From Macrostomum lignano (taxonomy: Eukaryota): 64,000 bases of DNA. The translations under genes and the position numbers were made by a program. The stretch lies in assembly GCA_002269645.1 (NCBI GenBank), contig NIVC01000077.1, positions 1-64,000 of the forward strand, in the 5' to 3' direction. Each line of letters begins with the position of its first letter. Within the stretch, counting starts at the first letter, position 1. The notes beneath the pieces are model-generated. The model was given only the letters and a program-made list of their open reading frames with translations. It made no database searches and was not told where the DNA came from. Below, piece by piece: positions 41,046 through 53,103 of this stretch.

Positions 41046-41794
41046 AAATAAAGTTGAGCGATTTCTGCTTTATCCGCTCCGCATTGCAATGCATTAACTT
41101 TATGTGATATATACTGTAGGTTTCATGAATATTTGCACAGCTAATTGACTGCATTTAGGCTATTAAGGAATGGAGAATAGGGTTGTTATGTTTATTGACG
41201 ATTCAATACAAGATTCACCCGTACATGTAGCTGATGAGTTAATATGAGCCGTAAACGTTTAGTCCTTAGGCTAGATAATGAGCGATAGTTGATGACAAGT
41301 TTCAGTTCAGTAAGCCCTCATGATCGACAAGCACTCTACAGTCGACAGAATTCTCAAACTAAAGCTTCGTTCATCAATTTAGTCTTCGTATATTTACTTT
41401 TTCTGTTGTAGAAAGAGTTCGTGATGAGTGTAGAGTGTAGAATCATTTATTCACAATAAGTAGATTAACGCAAACACCTGCAGTAGAATAAAAATTATGA
41501 ACCGTGTCACTAATTACAACAAAAAAGAATCATGCCCCCATTAATAATGCAAAAGATGAACTAAGATCGCCCCTTATAGATCGTGCCATAAACTACGAAT
41601 CATGACCACATTTTTATAGTTACCGCCCTAGCTAAGATGCAGTATGGGGAACTAATAAGACAGGACATTGTTGCATGCGTCGCCAAGACAGCCCATGTAG
41701 GTGAGTGAAATGAGATGTGATAGAATAGCAGCCTTGAGCTCCGGTGCAAACCCAGGGTCAGGTACAGTTAGCTCAATTTCCAGTTCTTAAGTTC

Positions 41795-42055
41795 GGGGTT
41801 GAAGCTTAGTGGTCAGAGCACCAGACTCTCACGACTGAAAGGTCGGGGGTTCGGTTCTCGACCCACTCTGGACGATTTGTGTTCTTGAGCAAGACATGAA
41901 AATGGATTACCAGCATTAGCTGGGGTAATTCAGGGTGTGTGTGGCGACCCCCCAGTCCTTGGATTGAACAGCCTTACGAACCTTCAGATTCACCGCACAA
42001 TAGCTGCGGCTGAGCTGTCGGCTGTACATCTGCTTATTAGGGCAGGTGTAATCAA
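41795..42055 (+). mobile_element. tRNA-derived SINE
   Basis: A box agcttagtggtcagagc, B-box-like gggttcggttctc (~41847-41859), then gtgttcttgagcaagaca resembling the conserved V-SINE-type central domain. No tRNA acceptor stem. Confidence 0.65.
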
Positions 42056-43499
42056 TTGTTAATATTTTTTGGCTATAGAAACACATCTACGAGTAGTTAC
42101 GAGTATAGTTAGCCTATAGATTAAATCAGGATTCACCTCGATTAGATAAAGCCAGACCACTTATAGCCAAAAAAACAAATGAGACCGTAGTAAGACCAAG
42201 AACCAATAGCAGAATTTGACATTTTCTATACGAAACAATTTTATTTAGCAAAAATTCCGTAACGACATGTGGCCGAGTTGACACAAAAAGATGGTTTGAA
42301 CAAATAAAAAGTTCAGCTTGAGTGAAAGAGTCCACTTTAGCAAACAATAATAGGACTGTCAATTTTTAGACCACTTTAAAATTAGTCCTTGAGTTTCGAG
42401 AAGGTCAGCTGATAGGATAGGAAAATACACACAGAAGCAGTTATACTACAATAGCGAAAATGCAGTGTACATAGTAAATAAATACAGAAACAAATATTAG
42501 CAAAATAAAATAGTTTACATGCCTTTTGCGAGCACATCCTAGCCCAATGCCTGATAAAAATATAAAAATATGTTTTTATAAAAAATAAAATGATACCCAC
42601 AAAAAGTGCCTAATTAGCATAATTAGTTAAACACGTACAACATTGAACTGCATTTATTATACATAAAAATTAGGTCAATAAATTTACGAAACAAAGTTTA
42701 AATTAAGTTACCCATTAAAGCCAAGTAGCGTAGGAAAAATCGGATAAATTTTGGTATTGAGTTGTAAAAGCAAAAGCGCTAAAATTAACAAAAATTATAC
42801 ATAAATTAAAGTGATTTATTAACATTTTTATTTCAATTGGCGTAATTGGCACGCTTGCGTCGAATAAATTTTATCCAGATAATAAACGGGAAAAACATGC
42901 CTAACGCTAGCGAAAAAGAAAAGTTACAGTGACCGTTATATTTTTACATTAAAAGCATTGGATAGATAGTAACAGAAAAAAGTACAAAAATATATATTAC
43001 TGGTAGTAGAAGACAGAAAAATCAGTGTAAAATTATAACAAAATAAACTATGTACTGCATAGGCTACTGACATTCGCAGTAGTAGGTATAGGAGAGGTTA
43101 AATTAAATTTATTAATATAGACCAAACTATGTACGCAAAAGAGACAATAAGAGACAAGCCCCCTATGATGTGACTAAATTTAAGCATGGTTGCAATACAC
43201 TTCATACTTATTTATTTATTAGCCTAATAGAAAAGTAACTAAGACTACATTTATGCTTCAAATATTTTCCTATTCAACCCATTGTTAAACACACTCTCCC
43301 TCTGTTTGTGTGCAACACCATTGATTTGTTGTTGATAAACACAAATAAATTCTTGTTCATGCTTACCTGACGCTAATCAACCCTTGATCTATTGTTTTTG
43401 TGAACCATCAGTGTACTGTTCCTGTTAAACATTCTTATTGTTAAACGTTCTTGTTCTGCTGTTGTGAAACATTGCTGTTGTAAAACATCATTGTTCTGT

Positions 43500-43805
43500 T
43501 GTCCTGAAAGATAACTGTTCTGTTGTTGAAATATCATTGTTCCGTTGTAAAAGATCATTGTTCCATTGTAAAAGATAATTGTTTTGTTGTTGAAATATCA
43601 TTGTTCCGTTGTAAAAGATAATTGTTTTGTTGTTGAAATATCATTGTTCCGTTGTAAAAGATAATTGTTTTGTTGTTGAAATATCATTGTTCCGTTGTAA
43701 AAGATAATTGTTTTGTTGTTAAAATATCATTGTTCCATTGTAAAAGATAATTGTTTTGTTGTTGAAATATCATTGTTCCATTGTAAAAGATAATTGTTTT
43801 GTTGC
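43500..43805. repeat. 43-bp AT-rich minisatellite
   Basis: ttgttccgttgtaaaagataattgttttgttgttgaaatatca at 43601, 43644 and onward. Confidence 0.92.
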
Positions 43806-43962
43806 CGTTACACAACTCCTTTGTAGTGTTATTTCTCAACACTATTTTTAACACTGGTGTGAAATACCCCCGTTGTTGCCTGTTCTTTTGTAGCTAAAAA
43901 ACAGAGCCCAGCTACTTTCAATCAACCTGGTTCCGAAGTGTTCAACACCGCGGCAACAAACC

Positions 43963-46900
43963 CTAAGCGAAGAACATAGCCTTCAACAGAGTGCCAAACA
44001 GAATGCCGGTAAACACGCCAAATACAAGAAAGAACGCAGCAAGCATAGCGGCTAAGCCTGCGTGCTTTTCCGGATCGGCCACGCTCCTTGGCGCATACAT
44101 CATGCACAGCGAGGATAAATAGCCCGACGTTAAAGCGAAGACAATCATACCGCATATGAAAGCGGTATCGCTGCGAATCAGGACCGGAATGACGGCGCGG
44201 CTATCCGGGAAGCAGTTGCACATGAGGAAGAATGGCACAAATATCAATAGGCGAGGCCAAACGCATAGGGCTAGCCTGCGAGGCGATGGCCACTGCCAGA
44301 ATGTTGACACCAGGCTGCCAAGCATGGCGAACAGATTGAAGAATAGAAATACGAAGATGTCAACGAACCAGTCCTTCAGGCTTAGCAGGGTCACCGGCTC
44401 AATGGTGGCCTGAAGCGCTGGGAAACAGGCCAAGGTGCAGAAAAAGACGCACCAAACGCTGACGCAGTGGACCCAGCAGTGACGAAAGGCCTCCCAATAG
44501 CGACGCCAGTAGCTGTGGACAACAAAATATGGAACGGGTATTATATGCGATGGTTTAAACAGCAGCTGAGGATCTGGGAGGCTGGCCCAGCAACCGAGGA
44601 TCTGGGAGGCTGGCTCAGCAGCTCAGGATCTGGGAGGCTGGCCCAGCAACTGACACTCTGGGAGGCTGGCCCAGCAACCGAGGATCTGGGAGGCTGGCTC
44701 AGCAGCTCAGGATCTGGGAGGCTGGCCCAGCAACTGACACTCTGGAAGCTGACCCAGCAACTGACATTCTGGGAGACTGGCCCAGCAACTGAAATTCTGG
44801 GAGGCTGACCCAGCAACTGAAAATCTGGGAGGCTGGCTCAGCAGCTCAGGATTTGGGAGGCTGGCCCAGCAACTGAGGATCTGGAAGGCTGGCCCAGCAA
44901 CTGGGGATCTGGGAGGCTGACTCAGAAACTGAGGATCTGGGAGGGTGGCCAAGCAATCGAGTATCTGGGAGAATTGGCTGCTCAAAAAACAGGGATCTGG
45001 GAGGGTGACTCAGAAACTGAAGATCTGGGAGGGTGGCCCAGCAATCGAGTATCTGGGAGAATTGGCTGCTCAAAAAACAGGGATCTGGGAGGGTGGCCCA
45101 GCAATCGAGTATCTGAGAGAATTGGCTGCTCAAAAAACAGGGATCTGGGAGGGTGACTCAGAAACTGAAGATCCGGGAGGGTGGCTCAGAAACTGAGGAT
45201 CTGGGAGGGTGGCTCAGAAACTGAGGATCTGGGAGGGTGGCCCAGCAATCGAGTATCTGGGAGAATTGGCTGCTCAAAAAACAGGGACCTGGGAGGGTTG
45301 GATCTTAAAAGTTTTCGATCTGTGAATTTCGCAAGACTACGAGAGCTTGAGTAGAAGCATTGGTTTTTAACTAACCGGCTGCAGACCAGCTTAGAGTCGC
45401 CGCCCCTAAGACAGCACAGTGCGCAGCATTCAACAGCCGTATTGCTGTAGTCGTCGCAGCAGCCGTCGCCGCCAACGTCCACCACAGCAACAGTCGGCTC
45501 CGCGGATTCGCAAACCGTGCCGTTGCCGCCATCAGGCTTGCCATTGCTATTCGCAGTCTCGTCAAATTCTAGCATGGGAATTTCGAACTCCCTGGCTTGG
45601 TAGTGCTGGTAGAATGAGAGTTTTGGTAGCAGAAACAGCGAACCAAAGCAGATTAGCAGGATGATAACAGCGGCCGAGAAGTATAGAATAGCCGTCAGCT
45701 GCAGGTTGAGACTTGAAGCGGCTTTGCTGGCTAAATTAACCAAGCTAATTACTGTGCCAGATACGTTGTTTCCTGGTGACAGATAGGGATGAATGCAGAT
45801 GAAATGCGTACAATTTTAAAGCTTTAGGCCTACCTGATTAGCATAATAAATGGTAACAGTCTACCGAATGACCGGTGTTATGGGATAGGAACCCGCCGAA
45901 TGGCCAGTGTATGGGATAGGAACCCGCCGAATGGCCTGAGTATGGGATAGGAACCCGCCGAATGGCCTGAGTATGGGATAGGAACCCGCTGAATGACCAG
46001 TGTATGGGATAGGAACCCGCCGAATGGCCAGTGTATTGGATAGGAACCCGCCGAATGGCCTGAGTATGGGATAGGAACCCGCCGAATGGCCTGAGTATGG
46101 GATAGGAACCCGCTGAATGGCCAGTGTATGGGATAGGAACCCGCCGAATGGCCAGTGTATGGGAAAGGAACCCGCCGAATGGCCAGTGTATGGGATAGGA
46201 ACCCGCCGAATGGCCAGTGTATGGGATAGGAACCCGCTGAATGACCACTTTAATGGATAGGAACCCGCTGAATAACCACTTTAATGGATAGGAACCCGCT
46301 GAATGACCAGAGGAACACAGAGCAACTCTAAACAAAAGCACAGAACGCTTACCAAGCACGATAGCATTGGAGTAGGCCATTGGCAGCAGAGCAGCCATGC
46401 CATAAGCAGAAGATTGGTACACACCAGCGCAGCAATTCAGCAACACAATACAGGCAATGGTGATACCAAAGAAAGTGGCAGGCCATTGGCTACTATCTAC
46501 TACAGCCAGAGCGACAGTGAACAAGCAGATGCCAATTTCAATTAGAATAACAAGCATCAGTTTGCGCACATCGTTGCTGGACTTTAATGACGGCTTAGTA
46601 GGTTGGAAGAAGACATTAAAAGCCATCATTAGCATGTTAGGCAGCTGGGCAGACAGTGTAATGTAATGCATAAAATTACTGCGATAATCGGCATTAGCAG
46701 ACACATTAGTATACAGCTTGTAATCCACAAAGTAAGAATGGGCATTGATAAACATATTCCAAGGCAATAGGATGCCAATACCGTGCAGTGCAAACACAAT
46801 GAACACAGTATAATAGGCATCGTTGGGTGCCGAACCGCCAACTTCCAGTGGCTTATCATCATCCAAAACCTTTGTATCTGGCTCTGGTTGTAGCAGCCTG

Positions 46901-47082
46901 GCAACTTCGAGATTTTGCGATTCATTGGCTACCAACTCTTCTGTCTGGCATTTTGCCATGCCATTGCCATTTTTGTTTGCCTCAGGAGTTGGCTCCTTAT
47001 CTCCCTGCTGGCTGTCATCGGCATTGGGATCAGCAGGGATAAGCTTCTTATCTGGTAGTACAGTACTGTCGTCAAGATCCAT
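43963..47082 (-). CDS. SLC29A: equilibrative nucleoside transporter (ENT), 558 aa; exons 47082-46353, 45772-45376, 44512-43963
   Basis: ENT hallmarks GIGILLPWNMFINAHSYF, AIVLG|NNVSG, CVFFCTLACFPA, LFFNLFAMLGS, ALTSGYLSSLCMMYAP, AAMLAAFFLVFG. Junction phases 1 and 2 match, and the 1677-nt CDS is open. Confidence 0.95.
44561..45300. repeat. 28-bp minisatellite (same family as 7333-7950) in ENT intron 2
   Basis: ggaggctggcccagcaactgaggatctg units, shifting to a longer gggagaattggctgctcaaaaaacagggatctg composite unit after ~44940. Confidence 0.95.
45865..46310. repeat. 31-bp minisatellite in ENT intron 1
   Basis: (atgggataggaacccgccgaatggccagtgt)n, period 31 (45881, 45912). Confidence 0.95.
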
Positions 47083-47670
47083 GCTGATTCAGCAACTTGA
47101 TTTAATAGTTGAGCTCAAATAATGCATGCAGTCAAGTTAAGCTTAACCCTGCTTAATGAGAAATAACAAAGAAAAATGAAAGTTGACTTTAACCACAAAC
47201 AATTTTTTGCAACAAAATGAAAAAGTGAGTTGAACATAGGCATCATATGATATTAACTTACAGACCACTGTATTTGATGCTCACAATCTCACAATGTTAT
47301 CCTACAAAGAATAAAATATAACTGGGAGCTGTTCCAAATAAAGGCTTGATTAGCTCAAGTTTATAATAGGTTCAAATTATTTGGGCGAACAAAAGGTTCA
47401 ATCTATTGTAAAGAAAGGGTTAGTTGTCAATTATGGTCAGTGGATGAATTTATCAGTTAAGGTAATTAGGTTAGGCTGAAGAACAATGTATTCAAATTAA
47501 AAGCAACTCTTAAGCAATAAGTGAGCTAGGAAATTAGAGATCAAGATAGGGAGGGCAAGCAACAAACATGCGCAACACCCAGCCAAGCTGGTCAATCCAG
47601 CCAACTAGCAAGGGGCCCAATAAAGGTTAGTCATAAAATGCCCACCCAAAAATAGATGGATACTATTTAG

Positions 47671-48050
47671 GAGCCTCTTCATATTGCTGGTTCGAAAAAC
47701 GGAACCGGTTCCGAACCAGTTCAATGCTCTTCATATTGATGGTTCGAAAAACGGAATCAGTTCCGGAACATGGTTCTGGTTCTAGAATATGGTTTGAGAA
47801 ATTTTCTCGAACCGTTGTCATGTTTACACTTTAACAGTAAAATATATTTGAAATTGTCAATTTTTTATTGTTGTTATATAATTATTCCTTTTTTGTCATA
47901 TCCAAGAGGAAACAAAGTCAAAGAACGACAAAATTAAATTGTAAAGACTGTCAAACATAAAATGGGTTCGAAGCTCCTCATTTCACACTGGTTCTGGTTC
48001 TAGAACTCGAATTTATTCTGGTTCTAGAACCTATTGCCGTGAAGAGGCTC
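47671..48050. mobile_element. MITE with 3-bp TSD (PIF/Harbinger-like)
   Basis: TIRs gagcctcttca / tgaagaggctc flanked by TAG on both sides; internal ggttctggttctagaa repeats. Confidence 0.6.
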
Positions 48051-48653
48051 TAGATGATAAGGCATTTAGTTTTTTAATAAACTCATGGTTAAGCAAGCAA
48101 GTGAGCTTGTTGCTAGGTTTTAATATTTTAGCATTGTGATTTTTTTAAAATAAAACTTTTTAATATTAAAAAGGTTTTTGAAGCAAAGTGATCACAGAGC
48201 CTTAGAGAAAAAATAATAAAATAATAATTTATTTACTGGCAGAGTTTTAAGAATGGGCACAATTTTTTGAGGGGTCCATTTGTAACTATTGATTTTTGTT
48301 TGGGCATGCATATACATGCGCAACATGCACATACATGAATCAGCCAATCTGACCAACTGATTTGGCAGCCAACCAAGGTAAGTTGCAAAAATGCCCACCC
48401 AAATAAATAACCAAAGAGTACATTTGAATATAATGCAGCTTTTGCTTTAATAAGATAGTCATAGTTACTCCTGTTGTTTACACAAAGTTGCGTTAATTTT
48501 GCTTTAGGGTTTCTTTTACATGTAAGTTGCATTTTTTAGCCAAAAACTACATTGCATTTTTGTTAAAACTAAGTTGCATGGCTGACCAAGTTTTGGAAGT
48601 TGCGCATGTATGAGCATGCACATAGCATGATCCAAACTATGGGTTAAACTTAA

Positions 48654-48810
48654 GGGGCCATAGCCTAGTGGTCTAGCACAAGCTCTGGTATGCCAGTGAC
48701 CCAAGCTTGATTCCAAGTGTAGTCACATTAATTTGGGGCTAAATTGGAATTTCAGCTTGGCTCTGCTTGTGCAATTAACGGCCTTGAGAGCCAACAACGG
48801 TATAAAGAGC
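48654..48810 (+). mobile_element. decayed tRNA-derived SINE
   Basis: ggggccatagcctagtggtctagc (A box) followed by a degenerate B box gcttgattcca. Confidence 0.45.
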
Positions 48811-48812
48811 CT

Positions 48813-49470
48813 AATCTATGTATACATATAAAAATCAAAACTCTGTCTGTTTGTCTGTGGACAAATTACTTCGCTATGGACTCCTAAACCGCTCAACCAT
48901 ATGACACCAAACTTTACACCCACCCTAAAATTACTACGGAGAATGTCTTAGGCTACCTTTTAATTTCCTAGACTCAAGTCTTCCTACCTAAAGTACAAAA
49001 ACTGCTCAAATTGCGCGATTTTTTCACTAAATACTCCATAGCGCCGCTCCACTTCTACCGATCCTCTTCAAATTTTACACAAACAATCTTCAACTATTTT
49101 GACACAATTGTGTAAAATTTCGAGTTTCAAAGTGAATCCTAAGTGGTGCTGTGCATTTTTAAAGTTAGGCTGTTTTTTTCAGTGTAGCAACCACTCCAAC
49201 CTCCGCCCGCCTGCCTCTCTTTCCCGATCTGGGCCCAGATGTGTAAAAGGGTTTCAAAATTGACTAACTTTCAGCTGCCATAAGTTTGCTCCACATAAAG
49301 TGATTGACTTCAAACTTGACACAATTCTTTATTGACTCATTCTCTGTCTAACTGTAAAGTTACAACTCTGTAACTCATTCAGAAAAGAAACTGTAAGCAT
49401 GTGAAGTTTGTCTGCTTTTTCTGTTGTTTGTGCCACTCATTCCTCCAGAGCCAGACGAAGGGTCAGGCGA
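48813..49470 (+). mobile_element. non-autonomous Helitron-like element (5' end)
   Basis: Begins atctatgtatacatataaaa...tgtctgtttgtctg...ccaaacttt, the usual 5' layout of non-autonomous Helitron/DINE-like repeats. The 3' hairpin-CTRR end was not clearly found. Confidence 0.35.
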
Positions 49471-49941
49471 TGGATAGGACTGAATGTACATGGCAATGTA
49501 CAGTGTTTTGGAATAACTTTATTTATAGCCTTCTCTGCACCCCGAGAATGGAGAGGCTACATTTAGCCATAACAGTTTAGTGAGAAATTCTAACCACTGT
49601 CAGTATTGGCAAACTCTGCAGCAGTTTAACAGTGGATGGCAAATTGAGGGAATCCAGCATGGTTTATAAAAGCGAAAGATTTATGAAAAGGCGATGCAAT
49701 GCAATACAACCCTACTAAATTAGTCACACCATGGAAATTTTAGGTTTCTCTTAAAAGTACTTTAAATTTTAAATGTCCCCTAAGAAATGCATATTTCCTT
49801 GGTTGTTAGACTGATGCAGACTGCAGTGGAGCTGAAAATACACAAATTCCTTTCAGGACTGCAAATTGGCAAGAAAGATGACAAGATCAAAGCATGAGAA
49901 CAGCCATGAGAGTACTACATCCCACAAACTGGCTTTCCAAG

Positions 49942-50820
49942 CAGGAATGGGCAGACTTTTACTTCAAAAGCCAGATAAAGAATCCTGCTTATGTGCGGGC
50001 CAGATGAGAATGGAAAGGAGAAGGAATAGACTATTAGAAGAGAGGAGAGGCGAGAGGGGGATATGAAAAAAACATGGAAAATAAGAGGAGAGACAAGTGG
50101 TGAGGAGAGAGCAGAGAAGAAGGGAGGAAGAAGCGAGAGGAGGGGAGAAAGGAGAGAGAGGAAAGAGTAAAGGTGAGAAGAGGGGAGAGATGAGACAGAG
50201 GATCAATGAGAGGAGAGTAGAGAAAAGTGAGAAGAGAGTAGAGATGAGAGAGCAGAAAGAAGATGACAGAGGGTCAAGAGGAGAGGAGAGATAAGAGAGG
50301 AGAGAGTAGAAAGGATAGAAAAAAGAGGAGATAAGAGGGGGAGAGAAGGGGTGAGAAGAGAAGAAATAGAGATAAGAGAGGGGTGTAAGAAGAGGGGAAA
50401 AAGGAGAGATGAGAGAGTAAAGGGAAGAGGAGAGAGGAAAGAGATGAGATTGTAGAGATGAGACAGATAAAAGAAGAGATGAGAGTTGAAAAAGGTGAGA
50501 GGAGAGTCCAGAGAGACGAGAGAAGATAATAGAGAGAGAGCATAGAAGAGGGAAGAGAAAAGAAGAGAGGAGTAAGGAATAGAGGAGTCAGAAGAGGTGA
50601 AAGAGAAGAGTACAGAGGAGATAAGTGAGAGAACATATAAGAGAGTAAAGATGACAGATGAGAGAGCAGATGAACAGACGAGAGATGGGAGAGTAGAGAG
50701 AACAGAGGAGAGATAAGAGAGAATAGATTACAGAGACTAGATGAGAGAGGAGAGACAGGGAGAGAGAAGAGGAAATAGGAGAATGAAGAGGGGAGAGAGT
50801 AGAGAGGAGAAGAGAGATGG

Positions 50821-50853
<33 letters not shown>

Positions 50854-51565
50854 AGAGAGAGAGAAAGCGCAGAGCAGAGAGAAATGAGAAGAGATAAGAG
50901 AGAAAAGATAAAAGAAGAGAAAGGAGTCAGGAGAGATGAAAGAGCAGACGAGAGAGAAGAGAGGTGAGGGAAGAGACGAGATGAACGACAAGGGGAGAGA
51001 GAAGAGATAAAACAAGAAAAGAGATGAGAGGAAAGAGAGAGAGGAAAGAGGTGAGGGAAGAGACGAGAGAAGAGGGGAGAGAGGAGAGAGAGAGAAAAGA
51101 GTAGAGAGGAGAGATGAGAGAGTAGAGGAGAGAGTTAAGAGAAGAGAGAAAAGAATAGAGAGGAGAAGGAAGAGACAAGAGAAGAGGGGGGAGAGGAGAG
51201 AGGAGAGGAGGGAGAAAACAAAAAAGTAGAGAAGAGAGAGGAGAGGAGAGAGAAAAGAAGAGGGGAAAAGATGAGATAAGAGATATGAAAGAGAAAAAAG
51301 ATGAGGGAAGATACAAAAGAAGATGGGAGAGAGGAGAGAGGAGAAGAGAGAGAAAATGAAAGAGGAGAGAGGAGAAAGGAGAGCAGAGAGAAAACAAAAA
51401 GTAGAAAGGAGAGAGGAGAGGAGAGAGAAAAGAATAGGGAAGAGATGAGATAAGAGAGATGAGGGAAGATACGAGAGAAGAAAGGAAACGGAAGAGACGA
51501 TAGAAATTTTAAAGGATCCAAGGGACATAGGGAAAATCAGGGAGAGGCCAGAGTTTGCCAATATG
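49942..51565. mobile_element. degenerate hAT-Charlie-like MITE with ~1.5-kb AG-rich interior
   Basis: Left caggaatgggcagactttt...gccagata...tgcgggccagatgag resembles 15138-15200; right ggccagagtttgcca resembles the family right TIR. No TSD. Confidence 0.5.
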
Positions 51566-53103
51566 TTTTAGAGTCAGACAGACATTGCCTGGCATTCTGT
51601 GGAGTACCCCAAGAAACAATATCAACATTTGCCTCAAACCCTAATTTTACACTAATGTGCTCTATTTTATGTCTACTTTTATCCTACTAACATTAATTTG
51701 TTTGTGTATGGCCTTAGATTTCAGAATATATACAAAAGTAGTTCTACAGATTGGAATTCCCCATGTTTCAAAATCCGCGGGTTTCAACAGCTTGTATTAA
51801 AATAAAGTTAGGGCCGCTGCATACTCTTGTGTGAGTGTGTGCTTGCATATGTATTCAAGCGTTTGTGTGCCTGCTCAGGGGAGTCGGCGGAATGGGCAGT
51901 AATGTATCTTGCCGGTTGTATGCCTACATTGCTTAAATTGTGCCACACAGCTCCCTGCCTCTAATAAAAAAATAGGTTAAACTTAGTGCATTTGCTAAGT
52001 GAAATATAAAGGACTACTAGAAAAAGTTTTACTATCCTTGTGTACTATAAAAAAAATAAGATGCATAGTATATAATGAAACTAAAGGCTTATATGCATAT
52101 AAATCTATTGAAAACAATAGGCAATTTGCCATAAGCTGTGTTTATATAAAAATATTATATAAAATATATTGAGAAATTGTGTTAGGCCCTATATATATAT
52201 ATATATATATTCAAAATGATCTGCACAAAAATGAAATATTAATATATTGGTTTAAATATTAGTCTAAAATTTTATATTTTGATGTATTTTGCAGATACTA
52301 GGTTTTTTTGTCCAAAATCCAGTTGCCAAATGGCAACTAGAGCTCAAAATCTAGTTGCCAATTGGCAACTGACCATTTCAGTGTCCCACTTTATAAAGTT
52401 GTTTTTGCAACAATTTTTACGCATTGACAAAAAAATAGGCCTAATATGCTCAAATCAGCTTAGGCTTCAGGTTTTCAGCCAAGCCAATCTTAGCAATAAT
52501 AAAATAATAAAAGAAATAAAATGTGACAGACTGTTTTATCATTGGCAACTGCCTTGGTTCAAGTTGGTTGCCAGATTGGCCTCTGATGCCACAAATAGTA
52601 GTAGGTTGTAGGACTGGGGCCTAGGTAATAATTATGTTATGTCTAATATATTTTATATATACACAGATTTCAGATGTTAAATTTGAGTTTCGACTAAAAA
52701 ATCGTTTTACATTCAAGTGTTTTCTGCTAAATCGATCTTTTTGTTATTTTTATCTTATCGGGAACTGGAACTGAAAAACCGGTCATCTAGAGAGACTGTG
52801 ACACGCGCAAATTAGATAACGATTTTAAATTTAAAATTTACAAACTTTAACGAAAGAAATAATATATATTTGTTAGTTACAGAGAATTGCAAAAAAATAC
52901 TCTACATAGGATATAGTATTACCTGGATTTATTAGGTCAAGACGACACAACAATAATACTTTTCATTTAAGTAGTAGTGAATTCGATATTCAACTTTTTT
53001 ATCGCATCGCATTGCATGTTACTACAGAGCTCTGCTGTCTGTCACTAATAGTTAAACGCCTTTCTCTTTATTCAATAAGTTTCTTATTGATAACGCTTTT
53101 AAA

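Noticed and set aside
41795-41875. Possible tRNA gene (also 48654-48720)
   Set aside because: A and B boxes are present but there is no paired acceptor stem or cloverleaf; continues into SINE-type body.
45838-47082. 414-aa ORF as a stand-alone protein
   Set aside because: Only 47082-46353 is ENT exon 1; the rest is read-through into the intronic 31-bp array.
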